A stretch of DNA of 64,000 nucleotides from a virus (taxonomy: Duplodnaviria > Caudoviricetes): IMG/VR virus record IMGVR_UViG_3300047160_000980, positions 5,947 through 69,946 of that record. The stretch is one strand, 5' to 3'. The notes under the pieces are model-generated. The model did not search any database and was not told the DNA's origin. It saw only the letters and a program-made list of their open reading frames with translations. This document shows, piece by piece, positions 19,766-30,400 of this stretch. The position numbers and the translations under genes were made by a program. Every line of letters starts with the position of its first letter. Within the stretch, counting starts at the first letter, position 1.

Positions 19766-20422
19766 TTAGGATGCATCGACAAATTCCATCATCATTGGAA
19801 AGAAAGGTGCGATTGCATCGGCACATGCCAAGGCAATTTCACGATGCTCCAACTGTGTCCCATTACCTGAACGGAGTTGTATATAGTGAATCCATGATCT
19901 TAAGGTACCCGCCATATACAATCGACTCATAGTAATTCCCTCAGGCAATACCGCTCTTGCCTGCTCCTTTGCCACGTTGTGGTCAATCGCCCACTTGTAG
20001 GCTTGTGCGGCATCCATCCACACCTTTGCCTGAACTGCCTTCCATTCATTCGAAAGTATTTGATCGTCCACAATGATACTATTTTGTCTGTTCTTTGTGT
20101 CTTGCAATCTTGCTTCTCGAATGTGAAACTCCATTTGCGTTGGGTCGGCATATCTCTGACTGAATTCCTGAAACGAAAAAGAACGATGACGCAGGATTTG
20201 CCTACCAATGTCTCGCGTTGTTTCAATGTAAAGTGTAAAGGATACCGTTTCGAAAGGACTCCAGTGTTTGTTCTTAATCAAATACCGAATCAACTTCGGC
20301 GCCGTGTCATTATTTACTTGGTTCGAGGGGTTCGAGACCCTGGCGAAATGAGCAACTTGCTCCTCGACTGTTTCTACTCCTTGAACCAGTGATGTGGTGT
20401 ATGCAGCGACTTCTACTTTCAT
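19766..20422 (-). CDS. thyX: Flavin-dependent thymidylate synthase
   Basis: HWSPFE, QILRHRSFSFQEFSQRY, EQARAVLP, GTQLEHR. Confidence 0.95.
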   Translation of the reverse strand: MKVEVAAYTTSLVQGVETVEEQVAHFARVSNPSNQVNNDTAPKLIRYLIKNKHWSPFETVSFTLYIETTRDIGRQILRHRSFSFQEFSQRYADPTQMEFHIREARLQDTKNRQNSIIVDDQILSNEWKAVQAKVWMDAAQAYKWAIDHNVAKEQARAVLPEGITMSRLYMAGTLRSWIHYIQLRSGNGTQLEHREIALACADAIAPFFPMMMEFVDAS

Positions 20423-21444
20423 TAACATTTTCTCCACTGAACGAATTTCATTTTTGCTTTCAATCCATTGAACGATTGATCCATAATCAGATCGTAGACT
20501 TCTTGTGCCGTCTTTCCGTTCTGAATCATTTCGTTAATGTCCTTTTCGACAATCGATTCAGGCCAAATGAACACACTGAATCCTTTTTCGATTGCCTTGC
20601 TTACAAACTTGCACACTTCAATATTGCGTGGTTGATTGTCGAACACAAGAATACATTCTTCCTTACCGACATACGGTTCGACCCTTGCCAAATCGGCATT
20701 GCCCACTGCGATTGCATTCGGTAGAAACAAACTATCGATCGGGCCTTCTGTCACAACACAGGTCATGTCCGGATTCATTCGATCCAATCCGAAGATCATG
20801 TCCAATTCCTCAATTAGCTTCACGACAATGTATTTCATTTTCTTTGACGTGTTGCTAAGGGCACGACAGGTTAGACCCATCAACTCTTTGTTCTTGGTAA
20901 AGAACGGGATGACGAGTCTTGGTTCAGTATAACCAGTGAATCGACCTTCGTACTTCTCGGATACATCATTCAACTGTTCGGTGTGTTCGACAAAGTACAA
21001 CAATGACCAAACAGACTCCGGCAGCTTCCTATCCAGAACATAGTTCCAGACAAGATGATTCTTTGGAAGCTTGACAATCGGAATCAGGAAAGGGAACTGC
21101 TCCTCAAAATTCTTGATACGAGGAGCCCTTTTAGTTTCTGATTTTGACTTTGCTACAGAAGGTGATTCGTGAAACGATTCTTTGAGGTAGCGTTTATAGG
21201 CGACTGCATCCAGCATTTGCAAAACTTTACCAAAATTAGTTGCCTTGGCACAGTTATGGCATTTGTAGATCAAGCAATCCTTGCCCTTGAAAAAATATCC
21301 CCGGGCCTTTGTCTTGCTTACCTTAGAATCTCCACAATAAACACACCTAAAGTTAAAGGTGTATTCACCTTGCTTGTCGAATTGGTCTAACCGATAGGAG
21401 ATTTCATTCAGGAACTTCAAGTCCAGGTACAACGACATTCTCAC
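20422..21444 (-). CDS. gp61: DNA primase (T4 gp61-like)
   Basis: FRCVYCGDS...YKCHNC zinc finger; TOPRIM motifs VTEGPIDS, FDNQPRN, KDINEM. Confidence 0.95.
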   Translation of the reverse strand: MRMSLYLDLKFLNEISYRLDQFDKQGEYTFNFRCVYCGDSKVSKTKARGYFFKGKDCLIYKCHNCAKATNFGKVLQMLDAVAYKRYLKESFHESPSVAKSKSETKRAPRIKNFEEQFPFLIPIVKLPKNHLVWNYVLDRKLPESVWSLLYFVEHTEQLNDVSEKYEGRFTGYTEPRLVIPFFTKNKELMGLTCRALSNTSKKMKYIVVKLIEELDMIFGLDRMNPDMTCVVTEGPIDSLFLPNAIAVGNADLARVEPYVGKEECILVFDNQPRNIEVCKFVSKAIEKGFSVFIWPESIVEKDINEMIQNGKTAQEVYDLIMDQSFNGLKAKMKFVQWRKC

Positions 21445-21470
21445 AATTCTCCATTACAAAATGTACATCT

Positions 21471-21499
21471 ATTATACTGGTAAAACGTCAAACTGTCAA
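21471..21499 (-). promoter_or_regulatory. Sigma70-type promoter for primase-thyX-nrdJ
   Basis: TTGACA-17nt-TATAAT. Confidence 0.8.
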
Positions 21500-22002
21500 A
21501 TGGAAGATATGATTCCTGTGAAGGCAGCTTTGAGCAATTCGTTGACCAAGGGGGCACGACCAAAGGCAAATCCAAGAGCCATGCCTGCACCTAATAGCAT
21601 CCAACGCCATTTCTCAAGGGTCTTGATTCTACGTTCCAATGAACTGTCAGGACCTGTCATGTTCGACAGCGTGGTTCGAAGCATTGCAAGTTCATCTACA
21701 ATAGCACGCTGCGTGCTGGCAATTTCATTCGTCAAGTGTGCATGCATATTTTCCATTCTATCGTGCATGTTATCCATTTGGCGTTGATGCTCCCTATCCA
21801 TCTTTTCGATCTTAGAGTCGGTGTCTTTGTTGTCTTTTTCTATTTGTTCTAAACGTTCGTCGTGGACTGCCATTATTTTGACCATGTCACTAGATACGTC
21901 GCTTAGTTTTTCGATGTTGGCAGCCATTCTAGCAATCATTTCCTTGCTTGTTAAAATCTCTTGTTGCATCACTGCAACTGCTACTTCTACGTCGCGGGTC
22001 AT
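21496..22002 (-). CDS. Coiled-coil protein with C-terminal TM (XhlA/holin-like candidate)
   Basis: ATGA-coupled to the i-spanin; ends LEKWRWMLLGAGMALGF. Confidence 0.55.
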   Translation of the reverse strand: MTRDVEVAVAVMQQEILTSKEMIARMAANIEKLSDVSSDMVKIMAVHDERLEQIEKDNKDTDSKIEKMDREHQRQMDNMHDRMENMHAHLTNEIASTQRAIVDELAMLRTTLSNMTGPDSSLERRIKTLEKWRWMLLGAGMALGFAFGRAPLVNELLKAAFTGIISSI

Positions 22003-22604
22003 TTTTGTGTCGAAACTACCGCCGCGTTGAAATCTTTCCAGAACCTCTGCCAATCTTCGACTTGCTTGATGCAGTTCCAATGATTCTTGTTGTTCTCATT
22101 GGCAATCAGCAACATGTCTTGCAACGTGTAATTGACGATAGGTGCAGGAGTTACTTGGTTGTCGGTTGAAGGGACTTGAGGTTTTGTTGATTCAGTTCCA
22201 GTGGAGGCACCGGCTTGGCCATCATTTCCGTCGACGGGCTTGGTAGTTGGGCTGACGTTACTGGTGCCTGTGGAATCGTTGAACAACTGCACAGCACTAT
22301 CAGGAAGCTTAATGGTAGCAAGTATCTTTTCATTTCTAATCCTTTCGGCAGTAGCCTTGGCAAGTAATGTTTGAGCATGTTGCTCATTTGCCAATGACTG
22401 TTCATATTTTCGTGTAATGGCTGCGCTGGCATTTGCCAGTTGTTCGTCTTTATCTTTGATGGTTGCTAGTTCCAGAGTCAGTTCACCATTTTCTTTTTTC
22501 AGATGATCTATCTCCAGACGCATGGATTCGATCCAAATCGCAAATGCGATGATGGCGATTCCAACTGCAATCAGTTTCCAATTACCTAGTAGTAATGCCC
22601 ACAT
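21999..22604 (-). CDS. Inner-membrane spanin (Rz-like)
   Basis: N-terminal TM, coiled coil, AVQLFNDS, C-terminal N...C..QV..WQ.F. Confidence 0.75.
   Translation of the reverse strand: MWALLLGNWKLIAVGIAIIAFAIWIESMRLEIDHLKKENGELTLELATIKDKDEQLANASAAITRKYEQSLANEQHAQTLLAKATAERIRNEKILATIKLPDSAVQLFNDSTGTSNVSPTTKPVDGNDGQAGASTGTESTKPQVPSTDNQVTPAPIVNYTLQDMLLIANENNKNHWNCIKQVEDWQRFWKDFNAAVVSTQK
22151..22333 (-). CDS. Outer-membrane spanin lipoprotein (Rz1-like), fully embedded in Rz in another frame
   Basis: MKRYLLPLSFLIVLCSC signal peptide and lipobox; Pro-rich mature part; 60 aa. Confidence 0.8.
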   Translation of the reverse strand: MKRYLLPLSFLIVLCSCSTIPQAPVTSAQLPSPSTEMMAKPVPPLELNQQNLKSLQPTTK

Positions 22605-22612
22605 AGTAACCT

Positions 22613-23242
22613 TTATTTGTTGTAGTAAGGAACAATCGGAGAAGGTTCTCCAGGAGACTTTCGGCGAAAGGGTTTCTTTTTCAACAGAGGCTTACGTCCT
22701 GCATCACCCCTAAACCCTGCAATCTTACCACTTCCTGCATTGTTCGCAATGTTCTCAATAGATCCGGCATCACCACTGACTGCGGGAGCTCCTGATGGAG
22801 AAGCCGCTCCATCTTCGGTTAAATGATTTGCAATGGCCTTGAATAGTTCAAAGCTTTTGTGTTCTTTGAAGTACAAAAGAATTTCATTCTTTTCTGTTTC
22901 CAAGTCTCGTTCTACTTGAACCATTTCCATCAGAGTCTTGGAATCAGGAAATTCTTTATTGTGAAACTCTTTGATTAACCACAACGCTGCCGCATAGTTA
23001 GTCAGATTTCTGTTCACATAAGGAATCTTTTGTAGAATCCTTTTTAACTTGAACACAAGTCTATCCAACATTGTGTAGGCGGCTTTCTCCTGACCCGTCT
23101 TTAGTTCATCGGAAGATTTTAATGGATTTCCATCTTTATCTATGATGCCAAGCTTGTACGCTTTGGTCGAAGTCCAAGGAGTGACCAAAAGCGCAATGAA
23201 CCTTGCTGTGATCGCGGCATCGATGCCGTTGATTACGGGCAT
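22613..23242 (-). CDS. Conserved T4-like hypothetical protein
   Basis: PW...AYKLGIIDKDG...LVFKLKRIL...YAAALWLIKE block. Confidence 0.7.
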   Translation of the reverse strand: MPVINGIDAAITARFIALLVTPWTSTKAYKLGIIDKDGNPLKSSDELKTGQEKAAYTMLDRLVFKLKRILQKIPYVNRNLTNYAAALWLIKEFHNKEFPDSKTLMEMVQVERDLETEKNEILLYFKEHKSFELFKAIANHLTEDGAASPSGAPAVSGDAGSIENIANNAGSGKIAGFRGDAGRKPLLKKKPFRRKSPGEPSPIVPYYNK

Positions 23243-23634
23243 TAAACCTTCCTCAATACTGTTACGATTTCTAAGTCTAGTGGTATGTCGTCAATCGTGT
23301 GATTCTTACCTGGTTCACCAATAACCTCTGTCGGCAGATAGTTCAGAAAGACCATGAATGTTTTCAGTGGAGACCAAAAATCCTGTTCGATCTTAAAGAA
23401 CAGCATGTGTGTTGCGGCCTCTACACCGAATACATTACAAAGAACGATCAGATGATTCAGAATCAGACGTTCTTTTAATTCTCCGTTTTGCTTATAACGT
23501 GAGAACAAACGTTTGAGGTACTTGAATCTATCCAGGTCTTCCTGAAATTCCTCGATACCCTTACAATGCGGATTGCTGTAATTACGCATCGCATATTGAA
23601 CAAAATTATTTTCAGTCAAGATGATACTCTCCAT
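23242..23634 (-). CDS. Conserved T4-like hypothetical protein
   Basis: LTENNF..YAM.NY.NP.C..IEEF.EDL.RFKYLKRL...ELKERLILNHLI block. Confidence 0.75.
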   Translation of the reverse strand: MESIILTENNFVQYAMRNYSNPHCKGIEEFQEDLDRFKYLKRLFSRYKQNGELKERLILNHLIVLCNVFGVEAATHMLFFKIEQDFWSPLKTFMVFLNYLPTEVIGEPGKNHTIDDIPLDLEIVTVLRKV

Positions 23635-23646
23635 TGCAAATCACTA

Positions 23647-26154
23647 TTACAAATTCAGACCTTGAACGAATCCTTGTACTAACATGATCTGTGGTGAAAC
23701 GGAATTTAGTGCTGTCACAACCCCATACAACATATCAATAGCTCCCGGAGTCGTTGAAAGCGTAGGCGTTGGTACTGTAGATGAAAACACTATGGTGCCA
23801 TCAAAAGTTGCCGTATGATTACCTGTGTTGTGTTGTTGGATCAAAATAGTTATTGGTCCAAAATAGGCATCGCTAATTCCAAGTCTACCACCATCGACTA
23901 CCAAGTGGAACCAAGCACCTATACTTCCTCTAACGTCCGTACTCCAACCACCTGCACCATCAACATTTACATTTACAAAATCAGTTGGTAAATAAACAGC
24001 TCCTGTTGCACCCGTTGCACCGGGAGCACCACCGTTTCCAGCAATTCCACCTTGTGCAAAAGACAAAAGTACGGCATCGCCATCAGACAGGCTCGGTGCT
24101 GTACCTTGTACATATGAAACAAACAATGCAGCGTGATTTGAACCAACACCACCACCGGTCAATTGATAGACAACATAATTCTGTGGATTCGAAAGACTAG
24201 TTTCTCGAATGTATACTGTGACGTTATTGCTCGCATAGAACAGCATTTGATTGATGATTGGTGAAATGTCATTTCCAAAAGCATCATTCAAGCTTGGATA
24301 AAGAGTATTAACGACACCATCCGTTCTCAGATGACCACCATAAGTTCCGTCGCCGTTGTCAGGTTCAGACGTATTCGAACTAAAATTGAACTCGTATGTT
24401 AGAGCATCACCAATCAACTGGGTAATACCTGTAGGACCCGTTGGACCTGTAGGACCCGTTGGAGCACCCGGATCACCCTTGTCGCCGATTTGAACAAAAG
24501 ACAACGTGACAAATTCTTGATCGGTAAGTGTACCACCACTTGCATACACATTCGAAAACGTAATATTCACGTTGTTGCCACCATCGGCAATAATTGTAGC
24601 CTGACCGGTGACGAAAATATTAGGAACTAATTTACTTACGACTTTAAATGCAGCCTTGTAGGGCCCTGGATTAACAGCCGACAAAAGATTCACAATTTCT
24701 GTGCTTATATAGGCACCATTCACATCTTGACGACTTACTGTCAACAACGTGGCACTAGGCAAATTGTTATTGTCAACGTCAAATTGAACGTAACCTTGTC
24801 CAGGATAATGAAAGTCGGTGTTGATTGCGCTGCTGTATTGCATGTCATATGACAACACAGGAGTCGTTGCAGGAGCTCCGGTAGGTCCAGTAGAACCAGT
24901 AGAACCAGGTCCAGTCGCACCTGTTGCCCCGTCTATACCTCTTAACAGTTCGGATTGGTGTAGGTTAAATCCTACATTGTACATTCTTGCAACATCCTGG
25001 GCCGAAAGTTCTTTATCGTAAACCCGAACATCGTCAATCGTGCCGAGGAAGAAGTCAGTCCAAACATTGTTATCGTTAACAGCACCAATGCCGAATGGAG
25101 AAGTTGTTTGACCCAATCCAGAAACTGGTTCAAAAAATTGTGAAGAAGCCAGCAATCCATTGATGTAGATGCTTGCAATTCCAGAATTTTCGTTGTATGT
25201 TCCGACAATATGGACCCACTGATTTAGGGTGTCTCCTGCCGGAAGACCTGAATCAAGAACCAAATCGACGCCGAAAACTTGAGTTCTAATTCTGAAACTG
25301 ATATTGGCAGTGTCTTCATTGAACATTTCTAAAACATAACCACCGGGTGTGGTTCCATCATACCATTTGCCGGCAACTGCCATTCTACCTTCTTCTGGAA
25401 TTCCTGTACAGAAAACCCAGGCCGATATCGTAACGGATGTGCAACGAAGATCAGAGGAGTCTGGAATTTCTAGATAGGATGTGCCATCGAAACCCGCCGC
25501 CTGACTTATTTGTCCGAGCGCCGGACTTACATTACCATGAATGATACCATCATGATGATTATTCGTCGAATCGGCATAGACATAATGACCTTGTGCAAAC
25601 ACATTGGTGTTTGTGTCCAGTGTCCAATATCCGATCAAATCAGGAATATTGAACGCACTGAATCCGGTTGATCCACCACCGGGCTCGCCGGCGACGGATA
25701 TTGATGTATTACCGGCGACCCATACTGATGCCAAACTCACGTCGGTTGAACGAGACAGTCCTGGAGTACGCCACAACGATAATGTGTTTCCAGAAATATC
25801 CGAGATTCGGAAATACTGACTTACGAATCCATCAGTGACATAGACGACTTCACCAATTACAAATCCAGATGAATCGACGACGTTGGCAGTGACGATGTTG
25901 CCGACAGAGGGCTGACCAAAATCGGCAGTTGTTGTTGTGCGTGAAGAAACACCAGTTGCTCCGGCGACACCTGTAGGACCTGTCGAGCCAGTATTCCCTG
26001 AACCAGTGCCGACACCGGCAACTGGAGACGCAGTTTGTCCGAACAAACTCGCGACTGAGACCTTACGACTTGAGGAACCTTGAACAAGGTAAAGGAGGTC
26101 ATCCGCAGCAATAGTGGCTGCGGTACCTAACTCGGTGAGTTTTTGTTCTGCCAT
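23647..26154 (-). CDS. Virion structural protein with collagen-like G-X-T repeats and a LamG/ConA-like domain (fibre)
   Basis: N-terminal MAEQKLTEL..A...A.DDLLY.V; GPTGATG tracts; YWTLD...HDG...FDG..Y...TISAWV...WVHIVGTY...F.GTIDDVRVY. Confidence 0.75.
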   Translation of the reverse strand: MAEQKLTELGTAATIAADDLLYLVQGSSSRKVSVASLFGQTASPVAGVGTGSGNTGSTGPTGVAGATGVSSRTTTTADFGQPSVGNIVTANVVDSSGFVIGEVVYVTDGFVSQYFRISDISGNTLSLWRTPGLSRSTDVSLASVWVAGNTSISVAGEPGGGSTGFSAFNIPDLIGYWTLDTNTNVFAQGHYVYADSTNNHHDGIIHGNVSPALGQISQAAGFDGTSYLEIPDSSDLRCTSVTISAWVFCTGIPEEGRMAVAGKWYDGTTPGGYVLEMFNEDTANISFRIRTQVFGVDLVLDSGLPAGDTLNQWVHIVGTYNENSGIASIYINGLLASSQFFEPVSGLGQTTSPFGIGAVNDNNVWTDFFLGTIDDVRVYDKELSAQDVARMYNVGFNLHQSELLRGIDGATGATGPGSTGSTGPTGAPATTPVLSYDMQYSSAINTDFHYPGQGYVQFDVDNNNLPSATLLTVSRQDVNGAYISTEIVNLLSAVNPGPYKAAFKVVSKLVPNIFVTGQATIIADGGNNVNITFSNVYASGGTLTDQEFVTLSFVQIGDKGDPGAPTGPTGPTGPTGITQLIGDALTYEFNFSSNTSEPDNGDGTYGGHLRTDGVVNTLYPSLNDAFGNDISPIINQMLFYASNNVTVYIRETSLSNPQNYVVYQLTGGGVGSNHAALFVSYVQGTAPSLSDGDAVLLSFAQGGIAGNGGAPGATGATGAVYLPTDFVNVNVDGAGGWSTDVRGSIGAWFHLVVDGGRLGISDAYFGPITILIQQHNTGNHTATFDGTIVFSSTVPTPTLSTTPGAIDMLYGVVTALNSVSPQIMLVQGFVQGLNL

Positions 26155-26165
26155 GCCTACCTCTC

Positions 26166-26198
26166 AAAAAGGCGGCCTACGGTATAACCCGTAGGCCG
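26166..26198 (-). terminator. Rho-independent terminator
   Basis: CGGCCTACGG-loop-CCGTAGGCCG followed by CCTTTTT. Confidence 0.8.
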
Positions 26199-26213
26199 TA
26201 ACCTTTTATATCA

Positions 26214-27395
26214 TTACGCAGTCAGAGTGTTGATTGCAACTAGCGTTTCACCCTTAACAACACCGACCTTGTCGGACATTGTTACAGTTGCCGTTGCTGA
26301 TCCAGAACCACCCGTACCGGCTGTTACGAAAGAAATTGTCGGTGCACCAGTATATCCAGAACCAGGATTTGTCAATGTCAAAGAACTGACAGAACCACTA
26401 ATGGATGATACACCAGTTGCGCCTGTTCCACCTGTACCGACTGGCGTAAACGTTACTGTAGGAGCCGCTGTGTAACCGTCACCACCTGCGCTGATTGATA
26501 CGGATTGAACAGTTCCTGAAATTACTGACGTTGCAACCGCACCAGTTCCACCTGTACCGACTGCCGTGAATGCGATTGTTGGAGCTGCGGTATAACCATT
26601 ACCGTGTGCCGTGACTGTTACGGAAACAACTGCACCTGTTGCCAGGACGGCTGTTCCTGCTGCACCTGCACCACCAGTACCGACAGAGGTAAATGCGACT
26701 GTCGGAGCCGCCGTATAACCAGAACCACCTGCGGATACTGAAACAGATTGAACACCGTTAGAAAGAACGACAGTACCTGCTGCACCAGAACCACCTGTTC
26801 CGACAGACGTGAACGTCACTGTAGGAGCCGCTGTGTATCCGATACCACCTGTACCGACGCTAACAGAACCGACACCGGTCGTAACTGTTGCCGTTGCTGC
26901 CGCTGTGGATGCCGATCCGACTGTCGAGAATGCAACAGTTGGAGCAGCCGTGAATCCGGAGCCACCTGTGGTCAGTGTGATGGATGCAACATAGCCTGTC
27001 ATCACACGACGAATTTCCCAACCAGACAATGCATACGGATCAGAGGTAGACTTTTGTCCACCAGTGACACCAACGATGTTTGCCGGATCATCTTCGCCAC
27101 CTGTTACTGCCCATGCCGGTTTCGACATATTAGCAACAGCAACTGCCGATCCAGAACCACCAGTTCCGACAGGGGTGATAACGACATCAGGAGCCGCCGT
27201 GTAACCTGTGCCTGCGCTTGTTAGTAGAATAGAATTTAGAGAACCATCAGAGTTCAGGACTGCCGTTGCGGCCGCACCTGTACCACCAGTTCCCACTGGG
27301 TTGAAGGAAATGGCTGGTGCTGCGGTGTAACCAACACCCGCAGTAGTCACCACAACATCCTTAACACCTGTAATTACGTTGCCCCAAAGTGCCAT
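26214..27395 (-). CDS. Gly/Thr-rich tandem-repeat virion protein
   Basis: MALWG start; eight G(Y/F)T(A/G)AP..F..VGTGG.GA repeats of about 40 aa; CATAAATA at 27423-27430. Confidence 0.75.
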   Translation of the reverse strand: MALWGNVITGVKDVVVTTAGVGYTAAPAISFNPVGTGGTGAAATAVLNSDGSLNSILLTSAGTGYTAAPDVVITPVGTGGSGSAVAVANMSKPAWAVTGGEDDPANIVGVTGGQKSTSDPYALSGWEIRRVMTGYVASITLTTGGSGFTAAPTVAFSTVGSASTAAATATVTTGVGSVSVGTGGIGYTAAPTVTFTSVGTGGSGAAGTVVLSNGVQSVSVSAGGSGYTAAPTVAFTSVGTGGAGAAGTAVLATGAVVSVTVTAHGNGYTAAPTIAFTAVGTGGTGAVATSVISGTVQSVSISAGGDGYTAAPTVTFTPVGTGGTGATGVSSISGSVSSLTLTNPGSGYTGAPTISFVTAGTGGSGSATATVTMSDKVGVVKGETLVAINTLTA

Positions 27396-27447
27396 TTTGA
27401 TTCTCCTTTTAAGACTTCTTGTTATTTATGCTTTTGGAAAGACTAGA

Positions 27448-30400
27448 TTAAGAATCTGCTGCACCCGTTTGTTGATCTTGATTTGGGTTGTCTTCCTCAG
27501 GCTTGATTTCATCCTTAGGATATGCACCACCCTTACCAGACATTGTGTCAGCTTGAACTGCCGGTGTCGCAGGGTTAATCTTTGCCCAGTATGCATCGCG
27601 TGCAGCATTAGGACCCGTGAAAGTCATTGTTTCTCCGTTTGAGTCTTTCCATTCTTCGTGATCAACCACTACTTTGACTGGAGCAAACATGTCGCCCATA
27701 CGAACGATCTTGACGGTCTTACCACCCATTTGATAGGCACCGACTACGTAACCTGGAGTGCTGTCAAATTCCGAAGAAGGAGCAACCCATGATCCAGGGA
27801 CCGGTGCTGTGGAAGAATAAACACCTACATCTTCCTTAACGGTCTTTTTGACCGTTGCACAACCACCCTTAGCTTCAACACGCTTTTGGATTTCTTTTAC
27901 AGATTCCTTTTTCTTGGCTTCATCCAAACGTGCTTTGAAGAATTGCTTGTAGGCAATCATACGATCTTCTTCAATTACTGGCTTAGACATTTCTACTCCT
28001 TCGTTTTCACCATATTTGTCATTCTCGTTCTTCCAATCAATTTCAACCTTGTTGCCAGGATGCTGCATTCCAGATTGACCTTGAGGGTTGCGAATGTAGA
28101 CCTTAGGTTGCATTTCCCTTGCCGCCATTTGATGTGCGACTTGAATAGCCGAGTTCTTGAACATCGTTGTATGATGAACTTGTCCATCATGCTCAACTGT
28201 GTACAGGCTTCCCCAGGCTTCGTTCAGAACTTCGGATGCGTCGATGTAGTCGGACATATCCATGTTTAGAGCCTTAGTGAAAGGTGTGACTTTGACTTTC
28301 TTGATATGGTATAGATCACCAGACATTTCACCGGCATCTACCTTTGCATCACGCAAATCCTTTGCCAGAGCATGTGCCGACTTCTTGGAGTTTGCAACAG
28401 TCCAGGCCTTGACACGCTTGCCTGCCATCAGACCTGTCTTGTAATGCTTTTCATAGGACACTAGATGGTCGTCTTTACCTTCTTCTAATTCTACGGATTC
28501 CATTGGAACTGCGGCATTCCTGTGAAGATTGTGCATGTCAGGAGAAAACCCTTGTCCCTTTAGATAGACATTGATTGCATCCTCGTCCTTTTCATGATTC
28601 TCGACACTGGCTTCGTGATTTGTAGAAAACGTCTTGTGGTCACGAAAGACGATATCATAGTTATCGCCATGCATGTGGTTGTGCCATACTTCGGCACGTT
28701 CGTTGCCTTTACGATAGACCTGACGTAGTTCTGGAGAAGGTAGAAGTTCATGAGGGATTTCGGCATCATAGGATTCTACAAGCTTTGCGACGTGCCCTTG
28801 AACACGACGAATGTCTGACCAAGGATAGTGAACGCGAACAGGACCAATATCGGCAATGTAACGAGGGGAACCAGGTTCACCACTCTTGACTGTAGTAGGA
28901 GCCGTACGAATGACCATCTTCTCGCCCTTGTGAACGGCGATCAGGGCATTTTGTCCTTTGTGCTTGCCTAGAGTCCAAGACATTTTTGAAGCGGCTTCTA
29001 GTAAAGGATCGACTTCTGTCGATGCTTCAACCCATTCAGGCTTAGAGACAGGCACATTGCATGCCTTGAAAAACTTTTCGTGGCTAAAATTAGGGTTCAT
29101 CTTTGCAAAAGATTTTGCATGCATGAATGCCATTTCACGACGCTTGCCTTCATCCGGAATGTTCTTCAATGTGTCGGCAACCATTTGGAAATGTTTCCTG
29201 GAAACACTTTCGGCTAATTGTTCATGCAGAGATTTTCCTGCAGCGGCTGCCTTTTGAAATTTGTTCTTGCCATACTTTTCGCGACCGATTGCGGCTGCGA
29301 CTGCACCTGGATTCGTGATGCCCTTTCTGTGGGCAAGCTTGTTCTTTAGCTTTGCAAATCCAATGTGCTTTTCATCCAATGAACCTTCGGTGATGGTGTA
29401 AACAATGCCATCTTCATCCGTTGTGCTGAACAGTTCATCCTCGATCAATTGGCATGCATCGGCAAAATCCTGATCCAGTTCTTCGGCATTGACTTTACCA
29501 TGCTTTTTGTTATAGATCGACCATGCCGTTGCAAAGGCCTTTTCATGTTGACCTGGATATTGCTTCTTGAGTTTCATGACCAGGTCTTCCATTCCAGGAG
29601 GAGCCTTTTCTTGAAGATCATCGGCAACTTCGGTAGTGGCTTGGATTGCAGGTTCACCTACAACAAAGTCACGGAACGATTTGATTGTTTTCATTGGTTT
29701 GTTCTCCATTTCTTCTGTAGCATAACCCATACGACGAGCCCATTCTTTACCTTCTATGCCGCCGTATTTGTGTAGATGTTGCATTAAGTGAGTACGCATT
29801 GGGCGTCCTTCACCTTTTGCAAAATCTAGCAATGCAGCCGGGTTCGAAAGAACCATCACTGCTGCCTTTGTAAGACGTTTTTGATTCTTTGTGTCACCTG
29901 ACATGCGATATTGATCCGAGGACTGTAAGATTTTGTGTGCGGCACGAACCAGACCTTCAACCAGAATTTCGTCACTGTCGTCGGTCTCTTCCTTCTTCAT
30001 CGGGGAAAGATGACGAACAACCCTAAGAGCCGCATCCAAAGAAAATCCTGTGTCGCGAAGCTTCTTGGCAAATGCCTGGCGATTGTCTAATTCTGGCTGT
30101 TGTAACGATCTGGCAAATGCCGATGCCTTGACCGGATGCACACCAAATTTGAACAGAGCCATGCGAACCATGTTACGGGTTAAGGAACCGTATTCAAGCA
30201 AAACTTCCATTTCCTCTACAATGCAGTCTTCGTCGGATATGTTGGCTGCTTCTTTCCACGGATTCGTGTGCTGATGCTTCAACAGATCAGGTTGATCCTT
30301 TTTCATGTCGTCCCAATTGCTCGCGAGCAATTGGTTGAACGAACGATGACCTAAATGCTTTCTGGTTGCAATGTTCAAATGCTTCTGCAACGTTCCTGCA

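Noticed and set aside
22000-22200. Programmed frameshift joining Rz1 to the C-terminal N..C..W block of Rz
   Set aside because: That block is a normal i-spanin C-terminus and there is no canonical slippery heptamer.
26214-27395. CRISPR-like or mobile repeat array
   Set aside because: The repeats are in-frame degenerate protein repeats, not identical repeats with unique spacers; no cas genes are present.
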